DNA from: Squalus acanthias
Taxonomy: Eukaryota
Length of the DNA: 64,000 bases
Assembly (NCBI GenBank): GCA_030390025.1
Contig: JASTWF010000070.1
Location: 124,001 to 188,000, forward strand
Direction: 5' to 3'
The notes beneath the pieces are model-generated. The model saw nothing but the letters and a program-made list of their open reading frames with translations. It was not told the origin of the DNA and did no database searches. The translations under genes were made by a program, and so were the position numbers. The number at the start of each line of letters is the position of its first letter. The first letter of the stretch is position 1. Shown here piece after piece: positions 50,401 through 62,147 of the stretch.

Positions 50401-51242
50401 ACCAGCTTTAATCTGACTTTTAAAAACATGAACCAAGCCTCAATGTGGGGAGTTAGGGATTGACTCCAAACAGGCGAAGTGTTCAACATCACAGAGCCCC
50501 AGAAACAACTGACCCCGCCGCTTAATAATTCAACTGGAACAGGGTTTAAAACGGGAACTGCGCACATTGATCGGACCCGCAGCAAATTAAAGGCAAGGTG
50601 TCATTTTATTAATATTGTGCCGAGTTGTATTTGTACTCCTGAGTTTTAAATGGGGTGCCTCAGAATATAATAGCAGAACTTCTCTTTAATCCGGGGCAGG
50701 CTGTAAAATGCCGCTTTCTTCTCCTCTTTCTCATTCATCTAATTCGATCTTTACTCCGCCTCAGGAATATTCTCATCAGAATGCTATTTACCGACTGAAT
50801 CCCAAGTCATATTTATCAATTGAAATCCCAATTTTAAAGGGATTGACGAATCCAGGGTTGTCTGGCTGCTAATATAGAGAAAGGGACGTCAGTCTATTAT
50901 GAAATATGTATTTTAGGGGAAACGATTATTTTAAAATCTGATGCAGTATATCGGAGAGTAACAGCGCGTTATCAGAACGATTCCGGCCGAAGTGCATCAG
51001 CTGATCCGTATCTCTACAATCCGCCCCTCATTTTTCTGGGGTAGAAAACAGATTAAATATTCATTAAACGCAAAAATCTTCGATATCTTGGAATCTTCCC
51101 TTAACAGAAACTTCAATTGGAGTTTAAACATTTGTAAATCGAATGATTAAGATTTTAATAATTTAATCAGGCACAAATAGATTTAAATAAAAATACCCGA
51201 ATTAAAAATCTGCCTCCTTCCTTTTCCTGGCCCCTCCCAGCC

Positions 51243-51266
51243 ATTTGCATACCGGGTAATAAATAG
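51243..51266 (+). promoter_or_regulatory. Ig octamer plus TATA-like box, unit 2
   Basis: ATTTGCAT at 51243-51250. Confidence 0.85.
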
Positions 51267-51382
51267 ACCCGGAGTCTGGGGTTTGCAGACACTGTAACCG
51301 GACCGGGTCCCGGAGTTTACAGGAACAACGCACGGTTCAGTCGGAAATTTGAGCGGTGGCTGTTGGCGCTTCTCCGGAGGAA

Positions 51383-51937
51383 ATGGCTCCAGCGATGCAT
51401 CTCCTGTGGGCTCTGCTGATCCATTTAACAGGTGAGACACGGATGGTTTTAGTCACGGGTTTATCCGCAACTAAATCGGTTCAATACCGAGAATCGGGCG
51501 GTTTTCTCTCCGTGTTTATTGACGCATTTACTTCCTATTTGCTCCAAATCTCTGAATGGGTTGACTTTTTTCTTTTATTGAAGGTGTCCTGGCGGCTCCC
51601 GTACTCAATCAGTCCCCAATATCCGATCCTGTCTCCGCGGGTCAGACCGCCCGGTTACAGTGTGCGATGGAGAACGGGGCTGTGGGCAGCGACAATGTGT
51701 ACTGGTTCCGACAGCGACCCGGGGAAGCTCCGGCCGGGGTGATAAGACATAACACCGATGGAGCTATATACCGAGGCACCGGCTTCACAGACCGTTTTCA
51801 ACCTTCCAGAGACGCCTCCGGTAACAGTTACATTCTGACCATCGGAACCCTGGTGCCCGGTGATTCCGCCGTCTATTACTGTGCTGTGTGGGAGTCGGGA
51901 TTCATCTTCGGACCGGGGACCGTCCTGAGTATAAAAA
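51383..51937 (+). CDS. Ig light chain germline-joined L-VJ, unit 2 (no own C exon)
   Basis: L 51383-51431, VJ 51584-51937 (YYCAVWESGFIFGPGT); open frame and intact splice sites. Confidence 0.9.
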
Positions 51938-53032
51938 GTAAGTGACTCTCTCATTCTATCATTCACATTGTTTCAATAATTGTTAATTTGCAGTCGCGTT
52001 CATTCCCGGGCGCCAGAGAAATCTCCATTTAGTGAATTTTGATGTTGGATCTATTTATACCCAAAAAATGTAAAACTGCTCAGAATTAGAATTGTTGAAG
52101 CGCCTCAGGGAATAATACTGCGCTGAAATGAAGATTGACACCATTTCCTGCTCCCATTCAATCGGGGAGATGAGGAGAAGTGTTCTTTTTCCGCAGCGAG
52201 TTGTTGATCTGGAATGCGCTGCCTGAAAGGGCGGTGGAAGCAGATTCAACAGTAACTCTCAAAAGAGAATTGGATAAATACTTTGAAGTTATGAATTAAT
52301 GTGAAAAGTAAAGAGGTTTTGATACTTTAGACTTTAGGGAAAATGTCAATTCCCTGGCGACGGTGCAGAGGAGATTTACCAGACTGGCACCAGGGATGAG
52401 GGACTTCAGTTATGTGGAGAGTCTGGAGACGCTGGGATACTTCTCCTTAGAGCAGACAAGGTGAAGGGGAGATTTAACAGAGTTGCAAAAATTCATGAAT
52501 GGTTTGATAGAGTAAATAAGGAGAAACTTTTTACACTGGCAGGAGGGTCGGTAACCAGAGGACATGATTTTAGATAATTGGCAAACGAACCAGAGTCTAC
52601 GGGAGGTGATTTTGTTTTACGCAGCGAGTTGTGGTGATCTGGAATGCGCTGCCTGAAAGGGCGGTGGAAGCAGATTGAATAGTAACTTTCAAAAGGGAAT
52701 TGGATAAATATTTGAAGGGGATAAATGTTGGTATTTTATGGAAAGTCCAGGGGGAGTGGAAATAATTGGATAGCTCTTTCAAAGACCCGGCACAGGCACA
52801 CTTTGCCGAAGCCTTCAGAGGAGCACTGATTGATAAAATAGCGACTTAGGCACAATTCAGATATTTAATAAAGAAAATATTTTATTTCTTTGACGCTAAT
52901 ATCTCGAGACAACCCAATTATTAACAATTTCATGCATGTTTCTTTCGCCCTCAAGTGACTGACACCAACCAGTATCAATCTGACTTTTAAAAACATGAAC
53001 CAAGACTCAGTGTGGGGAGTTAGGGATTGACT

Positions 53033-56000
53033 GATGGTGTGTTGCCTCCCTGGTGCAAGGGTCAAGGACGTCTCGGAGCGGCTACAGAACATTTTGGAGG
53101 GGGAGGGAGAACAGCCAGCTGTCGTGGTGCACATAGGCACCAACGACATAGGTAAAAAACGGGATGAGGTCCTAAAATCAGAATATAGGGAGTTAGAAGG
53201 TGAATTAAAAAATAGGACCTCAAAGGTAGTAATCTCAGGATTGCTACCAGTGCCACGTGCTAGTCAGAGTAGAAATAGGAGGATATTTCAAATGAATACG
53301 TGGCTAGAGGAATGGTGCAAGGGGGAGGGATTCAAATTCCTAGGACATTGGAACCGGTTCTGGGGGACGTGGGACCAGTACAAACCGGATGGTCTGCACC
53401 TGGGCAGGGCCGGGACCGCTGTCCTCGGGGGAGTGTTTGCTATTGCTGTTGGGGAGGATTTAAACTAATGTGGCAGGGGGTTGGGAACCTGAGCAGGGAG
53501 ACAGAGGAAAGCATGTCAGGAAGGGACATAAGGTATGGAGTAAAAGGTAAAGTGTTAAATAAGGAAAAAGCAGGAAGTAAGTGTCACAAAACACATTTGA
53601 AAGTTCTTTATCTGAATGCACGTAGCATTCGTAACAAAATGGACGAGTTAACGGCACAAATAACTATGTATGGGTATGATCTTGTGGCCATTACAGAAAC
53701 ATGGCTGCAGGGTGACAACGTCTGGGAATTATATATGCCAGGGTATTCAACAATCAGGAAGGACAGACAGGAAGGAAGGGGAGGGGGGGGGGGGTGGCTA
53801 TGTTAATAAAGGAAGGAATCACTGTAATAGAGATAAATGATATTGGGTCAAAAGATCAGGATAATGAAACAGATTGGGTAGAGATAAGGAATAATAAGGG
53901 GAAAAAAACACTGGTGGGCGTAGTATATAGGCCTCCTAATAGTTGCAACTCTGTTGGAAGAAGTATTAATCAGGAAATAGTTGGGTCATGTAATAAGGGA
54001 ACAGCTATAATTATGGGAGATTTTAACTATCATATTAACTGGACAAATCAAATTGGGCAGGGCAGCCTTGAGGAAGAGCTTATTGAGTGTCTTAGGGATG
54101 GATTTCTTGAGCAGTATGTAACTGATCCTACAAGGGGGCAAGCAACCTTGGACCTGGTCCTGTGTAATGAGTCAGGATTAATTAATAATGTCCTAGTTAA
54201 GGATCCCCTTGGAATGAATGACCATAACATGGTTGAATTCCATATCCAATTAGAGGGTGAGAAGGTTGGTTCTCAAACAAGCACACTGAGCTTCAATAAA
54301 GGAGACTATGATGGTATGAGAGCAGAATTGATTAAAGTGGACTGGGAAAATAGATTAAAGGGTAAGACGGTACATGAGCAGTGGTGTTCATTCAAGGAGT
54401 TATTTTACAACTTTCAAAATAAATATATTTCACTGAGGAAAAAAGGGTGTAAAAGAAATGACAGCCATCCATGGCTAATTAAAGAAATTAAAGAAAGTAT
54501 CCAACTAAAAACAAGGACATATAAGGTAGCCAAAGTTAGTGGGAGGATAGAAGATTGGGAAGTCTTCAAAAGACAACAAAAAGTAACTAAAGGATTGATT
54601 AAGAAAGGGAAAATAGACAATGAAAATAAATTAGCAAAAAATATAAAAACAGATAGCAAGAGTTTCTATAGTTGTATAAAAAGAAAAAGGGTGGTTAAGG
54701 CAAACGTAGGTCCCTTAGAGGATGAGACCGGGAAATTAATGGTGGGAAACATGGAGATGGCAAAAATGCTGAACAAATATTTTGTTTCAGTCTTTACGGT
54801 AGAGGACACTAAGAATATCCCAACACTGGACAAACAGGGGGCTCTAGTGGGGGAGGAGCTAAATACGATTAAAATCACTAAGGAATTGGTACTCAGTAAA
54901 ATAATGGGACTCAAGGCGGATAAATCCCCTGGACCTGATGGCTTACATCCTAGGGTCTTGAGGGAAGTGGCAGTAGGAATTGTGGATGCTTTGGTAATAA
55001 TTTTCCAAAACTCCCTGAACTCAGCAAAGGTCCCAGCAGATTGGAAAACTGCTAATGTAACACCCTTATTTAAAAAGGGTTGTAGGCAGAAGGCTGGAAA
55101 TTATAGACCAGTTAGCCTAACATCTGTGGTGGGTAAAATTTTGGAGTCTATTATTAAGGAGACAGTAACGGAACATTTAGATAAACATAATTTAATAGGA
55201 CAAAGTCAGCATGGCTTTATGAAGGGGAAGTCATGTCTGACAAATTTGCTCGAGTTCTTTGAGGACATAACGTACAGGGTGGATAAAGGGGAACCAGTGG
55301 ATGTAGTGTATTTAGACTTCCAGAAGGCATTCGACAAGGTGCCACATAAAAGATTACTACTCAAGATAAAAAATCACTGGATTGGGGGTAATATTCTGGC
55401 ATGGGTGGAGGATTGGTTATCTAACAGGAAGCAGAGAGTTGGGATAAATGGTTCATTCTCGGACTGGCAACCAGTAGCCAGTGGTGTTCCGCAGTGGTCG
55501 GTGCTGGGTCCCCAACTCTTTACAATCTATATTAACGATTTGGAGGAGCGGACCGAGTGTAACATATCAAAGTTTGCAGATGATACAAAGATGGGAGGGA
55601 AAGTAGAGAGTGAGGAGGACATAAAAAACCTACAAGGGGATATAGACAGGCTGGGTGAGTGGGCAGAGATTTGGCAGATGCAATACAATATTGGAAAATG
55701 TGAGGTTATGCACTTTGGCAGGAAAAATCAGAGAGCAAGTTATTATCTTAATGGCGAGAAACTGGAAAGTACTGCAGTACAAAGGGATCTGGGGGTCTTG
55801 GTGCAAGAAAATCAAAAAGTTAGTATGCAGGTGCAGCAGGTGATCAAGAAAGCCAATGGAATGTTGGCTTTTATTGCTAGGGGGATAGAATATAAAAACA
55901 GGGAGGTATTGCTGCAGTTGTATAGGGTATTGGTGAGACTGCACCTGGAGTACTGCATACAGTTTTGGTGTCCATACTTAAGAAAAGACATACTTGCTCT

Positions 56001-56611
56001 CGAGGCAGTACAAAGAAGATTCACTCGGTTAATTCCGGGGATGAGGGGGTGGACATACGAGGAGAGGTTGAGTAGATTGGGACTCTACTCATTGGAGTTC
56101 AGAAGAATGAGAGGCGATCTTATTGAAACATATAAGATTGTGAAGGGGCTTGATCGGGTGGACGCGGTGAGGATGTTCCCAATGATGGATGAAACTAGAA
56201 CTAGGGGACATAATCTTAGAATAAGGGGCTGCTCATTCAAAACTGAGATGAGGAGAAACTTTTTCACTCAGAGGGTAGTGGGTCTGTGGAATTTGCTACC
56301 CCAGGAAGCTGTGGAAGCTACTTCATTAAATAAATTTAAAACAGAAATAGACCATTTCCTAGAAGTAAAGGGAATTAGGGGTTACGGGGAGCGGGCTGGA
56401 AATTGGACATGAGTTTGAGTTCGGATCGGTCAAGGCCCTGTGGGTGGCGGAGCGGGCCCAGGGGCCGAGTGGCCTGGTCCTGCTCCTACTTCTTGTGTTC
56501 TTTAGAGTTGAGGTTGGATCAGATCAGCCATGATCTCATTGAATGGCGGAGCAGGCTCGAGAGGCCGATTGGTCTACTCCTGCTCCTATTTCTTATGTTC
56601 TTATGTTCTTA
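53033..56611 (+). mobile_element. Near-full-length young CR1 LINE (partial ORF1 SGNH esterase; ORF2 APE-RT)
   Basis: ORF1 part 53034-53468 (VHIGTND, DGLHL); ORF2 (LYLNARS, ITETWL, GDFN, FADD) broken only by a frameshift in the G run near 53782-53794; tgact duplicated at 53028-53032 and 56612-56616. Confidence 0.97.
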
Positions 56612-57394
56612 TGACTCCAAACAGGGGAAATGTTCAACATCACAGAGCCCCAGAAACAACTGACCCCGCCGCTTAATAATTCAACTGGAACAGGTTTTAA
56701 AACGGGAGCTGCGCGCATTCATCGGACCCGCAGCAAATTAAAGGCAAGGTGTCATTTTATTAATATTGTGCCGAGTTTTATTTGTCCTCCTGAGTTTTAA
56801 AGGGGGTGCCTCAGACTATAATAGAACAACTTCTCTTTAATCCGGGGCAGGCTGTAAATTGCCGCTTTCGTCCCCTCTTTCTCATTCATCTAATTAGCTC
56901 TTTACTCCGCCTCATGAATATTCTCATCGGAATTTTATTTACCGACTGAATCCCAAGTCATATTTATCAATTGAAACCCCAATTTTAAAGGGATTGACGA
57001 ATTCAGGGTTGTCTGGCTGCTAATATAGAAAAAGGGACGTTAGTCTATTATGAAATATGTATTTTAGGGGGAAAAGATTATTTTAAAATCTGATGCAGTA
57101 TATCAGAGTGTAACAGCGCGTTATCAGAACGATTCCGGCCGAAGTGCATCAGCTTATCCGTATCTCTACAATCCGCCCCTCATTTTTCTGGGGCAGAACA
57201 CAGATTAAATATTCATTAAACGGAAAAATCTTCGGAATCTTGGAATCTTCCCTTAACAGAAACTCCAATTGGAGATTAAACATTTGTAAATCGAATGATG
57301 AAGATTTTAATAATTTAATCAGGCACAAATAGATTTAAATAAAAATACCGGAATTAAAAATCTGCTTCCTTCCTTTTCCTGGCCCCTCCCAGCT

Positions 57395-57418
57395 ATTTGC
57401 ATACCGGGTATTAAATAG
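57395..57418 (+). promoter_or_regulatory. Ig octamer promoter, unit 3
   Basis: ATTTGCAT at 57395-57402. Confidence 0.8.
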
Positions 57419-57534
57419 ACCCGGAGTCTCGGGTTTGCAGACACTGTAACCGGACCGGGTCCCGGAGTTTACAGGAACAACGCACGGTACAGTCAGAAAT
57501 TAGAGCGGTGGCTGTTGGCGCTTCTCCGGAGGAA

Positions 57535-60500
57535 ATGGCTCCAGCGATGCATCTCCTGTGGGCTCTGCTGATCCATTTAACAGGTGAGAGACGGATGGTT
57601 TTAGTCACCGGTTTATCCGCAACTAAATCGGTTCAATACCGAGAATCGAGCGGTTTTCTCTCCGTGTTTATTGAGGCATTAACGTCTTATTTGCTCCAAG
57701 TCTCTGAATAGGTTGATTTTTTTCTTTTATTGAAGGTGTCCTGGCGGCTCTCGTCCTCAATCAGTCCCTAATATCCGATCCTGTCTCCGCGGGTCAGACC
57801 GCCCGGTTACAGTGTGCGATGGAGAACGGGGCTGTGGGCAGCAAGGATGTGTGGTGGTTCCGACAGCGACCCGGTGAAGCTCCGGTGTGGGTGATAAGAC
57901 ATAACACCAATGATGCTATATACCGAGGCACCGGCTTCACAGACCGTTTTCAACCTTCCAGAGACGCCTCCGGCAACAGTTACATTCTGACCATCGGAAC
58001 CCTGGTGCCCGGTGATTCCGCCGTCTATTACTGTGCTGTGTGGGAGTCGGGATTCAGCTTCGGACCAGTGACCGTCCTGAGTATAGAGAGTAAGTGACTC
58101 TCTCATTCTATCACTCACGTTGTTTCAATTATTATTAATTTACAGTCGCTTTCATTCCCGGGCGCCAGAGAAATCTCATTCAGTGAATTTTGACGTTGGA
58201 TCTATTTATACCCAAAAAATGTAAAACTGCTCTGAATTGGAATTGTTGAAGCGTCTCAGGGAATAATACTGCGCTGAAATGAAGTTTGACACCATTTCCT
58301 GCTCCCATTCAATCGGGGAGATGAGGAGAAGTGTTCTTTTTACGCAGCGAGTTTTTGATCTGGAACGCGCTGCCTGAAAGGGCGGTGGAAGCAGATTCAA
58401 TAGTAACTTTCAAAAGGGAATTGGATAAATACTTTGAAGTTATGAATTAATGTAAAAAGTAAAGAGGTTTTGATACTTTAGACTTTAGGGATAATGTCAA
58501 TTCCTTGGCGACGGTGCAGAGGAGATTTACCAGAATGGCACCAGGGATGAGGGACTTCAGTTATGTGGAGAGACTGGAGAAGCTGGGATTGTTCTCCTTA
58601 GAGCAGACAAGGTTAAGGGGAGATTTAATAGAGTTGCAAAAATTCATGAATGGTTTGATAGAGTAAATAAGGAGAAACTTTTTCCACTGGCAAGAGGGTC
58701 GGTAACCAGAGGACATGATTTAAGGTAATTGGCAAAAGAACCAGAGGCTACGGCAGGTGATTTTTTTTTACGCAGCGATTTGTGGTGATCTGGAATGCGC
58801 TGCCTGAAAGGGCGGTGGAAGCAGATTCCATAATAACTTTCAAAAGGGAATTGGATAAATACTTGAAGTGGATAAATGTAGGTATTTTATGGAAAGTCCA
58901 GGGCGGGGAGTGGGGGGGGGCGGGTGTGGGTGTGGGGTGGGGGGGGGGAGTGGAAATAATTGGAGAGCTCTTTCAAAGAGCCGGCACAGGGACGATTTGC
59001 CGAAGCCCTCAGAGGAGCATTGATTGATAAAATAGCGACTTAGGAACAGGAGGAGGCCATTCAGCCACTCGAGCCTGTGTGAAAAAGTGCTTCCCTCCTA
59101 AATGGATGGGCTCTAATTTTAATTGAACTCCCCTGTTTCTTGATTCCCCGACCAGAGGAAATCGTTTCTCGGTGTTTAGCCGATCGGATCCTTTTTCACA
59201 TTTTAAACACCTCGATCAGATCACCCCTGAATCTTCTAAACTCAAGGGAATACAAGCCAAGTTTATGCAACCCGTCCTCGTAATTTAACCCTCTAAGCGC
59301 CGGTATCATTCGGGTGTAGCAAGAGACAGAGAGAGAGAGAGCGGAAAGTTGTGAGCTACACTGTGAAGTTCTGACAGTGGACACTGAATATGTCACTATG
59401 TTACACTGAGACTTGAACAGGTGAAAATTGCAGGGCTGTGGGGAAAGAGCACGGGAGTGGGACTAATTGGAGAGCTCTTTCAAATTGCCGGCACTGGAGC
59501 TGAATGGGCTGAATGGCATCATTCTGTGCTGTATGATTCTCTGCTATGCCTTACTTCTTCTCTTAGTGTATGTAGAATTATTCCTATTGTCCAGAGTCGG
59601 CACCGACGATTTTAAAAACATTGCCCGGAGCCGGTGGGAGAGCCCCCGGGGGCATCTCAACCCATTTACCGTCATTTGCAACCTTCCATGTTGCTGCTGG
59701 TTCTATTCCTGTGGCGTATTGTCCCCCTGACCGCAGCCGTCGGGTGTCCGGCTCTGGGCTGGGAGAGAGAGAGGACCCTCCCGAGACCCGCTGTCCCAGC
59801 ACACAACCGGTTGGATCGACTCCCTGTCGCCAGCAACACCGGGACTAGTCGGGATTGTATTCATTTGACGGGTCGGGTTTTAAGTCTGAATTTCGTGCTC
59901 CGATATTTAATCAGTCTGAGCTCATTATTTGCAATATCCCCGCTGTTTATAGAGCAGAACCGCCGCTTTACCATGGAGCGGCGCAGTGACAATTACTGAC
60001 CAGCCCCGTGTGTGTGAGTGAGACTGGGTGATGCTTGTTGAAGGGAACTTTCTCTCCATCTCATTCTCTCGCTGCTGACCCTCTCCCCTCCCCCAGGCTG
60101 TGTCTGCTGACTCTCCCTGTCCAGTGTCCCCCCGGGGACAGCGCCGATTCTGCTGGGTTGATCTGTCGGGTCCCGCTACCGCCCAGTGTTGAACGGATCG
60201 CTCCGGGACCAGCGAGACTGACCTGGTCCCGCGATAGAAATCAGTTCACCCGCAGGAATCCTTACTTGCCTCTGTAGCGAGCATCTTTTACATTCCTTGG
60301 TTCCCTTTTTACTAGAAATATCGAACAGTGAAAACCCTTCATCACACCGGGGAAAGAGAAGGCTGAGGGGTGACCGAATAGAGGTCTTTAAAATTATGAA
60401 ACGTTTTGATAGAGGAGACACAGAGAGAATGTTTCCACTGGTGGGGAAGATCAAAACTAAGAGCCATCAATACAAGATAACACCAAGAAATCAAATAGAG

Positions 60501-62147
60501 ATTTTTTTACCCAGAGAGTGGTGAGAATGTGGAATTCGCTACAACACGGATTGATTGAGGCGAATAGTATAGATTTAAGCGGAGGCTAGATAAGCACATG
60601 AGCTAGAAGGGAATAGAGGGTTATGCTGATAGAGTTAGATGTGGAAGGATGGGAGGAGGCTGGAGTGGAGCATAAACGCCGGCATGGACTGGTTGGGCCG
60701 AATGGCCTGTTTCTGTGAGGTATATTCTGTGTAATTCTGTGTAAAGCATTTACAATATTGTTAGGCAGAGTCACTGCATTAATTCCCAGCCCGTGTACAA
60801 TGTCCTCTCTTTGTTCAGTGAGCTCTTCAATACCCGGTAACAGACCCGGCTCAATTATCATCGCCGCAACATTTAAAGCCGATCAGTTTCTAACACTCAA
60901 TTCTAAATAAATATGAATTGTAAAAAAAAATCCCGAATCTTATAGAATGGTGCAGCACAGAAGGAGGCCATTCGACCCATCGTACCCGTGACGGCTCTTT
61001 GAAAGGGCTGCATCAGTTTGAGATATCAGAACATAATGTGGACTCTCGGTGAAAGGCGGGTCACAGCTCCGTGATTTCACCACTTTAAAGTTAACACTGA
61101 CTGCATTTTAAGACAATCAAACGCTTCATTATATTCAAGTAAAAAGGAAAAACTGCAATTTTAGGAATGCAAATAAAAACAGAAAATGCTGGGAATACAC
61201 GGCCGGTCGGTCAGTGTCTGTAACGGGAACAGACAGGTTAGTGCGGTTCCGGGGGTGTAACCTGCACCTGAACTGGTCATTTACTGATCTTTCCACCTCA
61301 CACATCCCGACTGACCCGGTCTGTATTTCCAGCATTTTCTGTTGAAGGAAAGTGACAAAGAAAGAAAGAAAGAAAGAAAGGAAGACTTGTATTTCTACAG
61401 CTCCTTTCACGACCTCAGGACGTCCCAAAGCGCTTTACAGCCAATGAAACACTTTTGAACCAAGTCACTGTTGTAATGTAGGCAAAAGAATTGGAAGAGG
61501 AGCAGAGGAATTAGAGGTTTAAGAATTTATTGGAACTCCTGTATTAATCAGTAATTTATTTTAAACTGAATGTTGTTCGGGGTTCTTTGGTGTCTTTGAT
61601 TTCAGATCAGAGCGTCCCACTGCTGACGGATTCCATAAACTAATTAATTTTCTCTCCCCCCACACACAGGCAGCGAGGATCGAAGCCCCTCGGTTCTTCT
61701 CCTCCCTCCCTCCTCGGAAGAAATCGGCTCGGGCTCGGCCACTCTGTCCTGCCTGGTCAGTCGCTTTAAGCCGGGCTTGGTGCGGCTCCGCTGGAGCGTG
61801 GATGGCTAAGAGACAGACAGCGAGGTGACGACAGGCGCCGTGTCCCCGGACAGCGATCAAACCTACAGCCTGAGCAGTTACATGAGAGTCCCCGCCGCCG
61901 CCTGGAGCAAGGGCTCCAGCTATTCCTGCAGCGTCAGCCACGGCTCCCTGAGCTCGCCTCTTCTCAAGACCATCAGCGCCTCCTCGTTCTGATGAAAGGT
62001 CATCGACCTGAAACGTTAACTCTCTTTCTCTCTCCACGGATGCTGCCTGGCCTGCTGAGTTTTTCCAGCGTTTTCTGTTGTTATTTCGGATTTCCAGCAT
62101 CCGCAGTATTTTGCTATCGTATTAGCGCCTCCTCGTGTTCAGACTGA
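57535..62147 (+). pseudogene. Ig light chain germline-joined L-VJ-C, unit 3, with inactivated C exon
   Basis: L 57535-57583, VJ 57736-58089 (open; FGPVT), C 61670-62147 with TAA at 61807-61809 (CAA in unit 1) and an insertion at 61988-62123. Confidence 0.88.
61988..62123 (+). mobile_element. Short Penelope-like insertion with hammerhead motif, in the unit 3 C exon
   Basis: 13-bp target duplication agcgcctcctcgt at 61975-61987 and 62124-62136; absent from unit 1. Confidence 0.85.
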
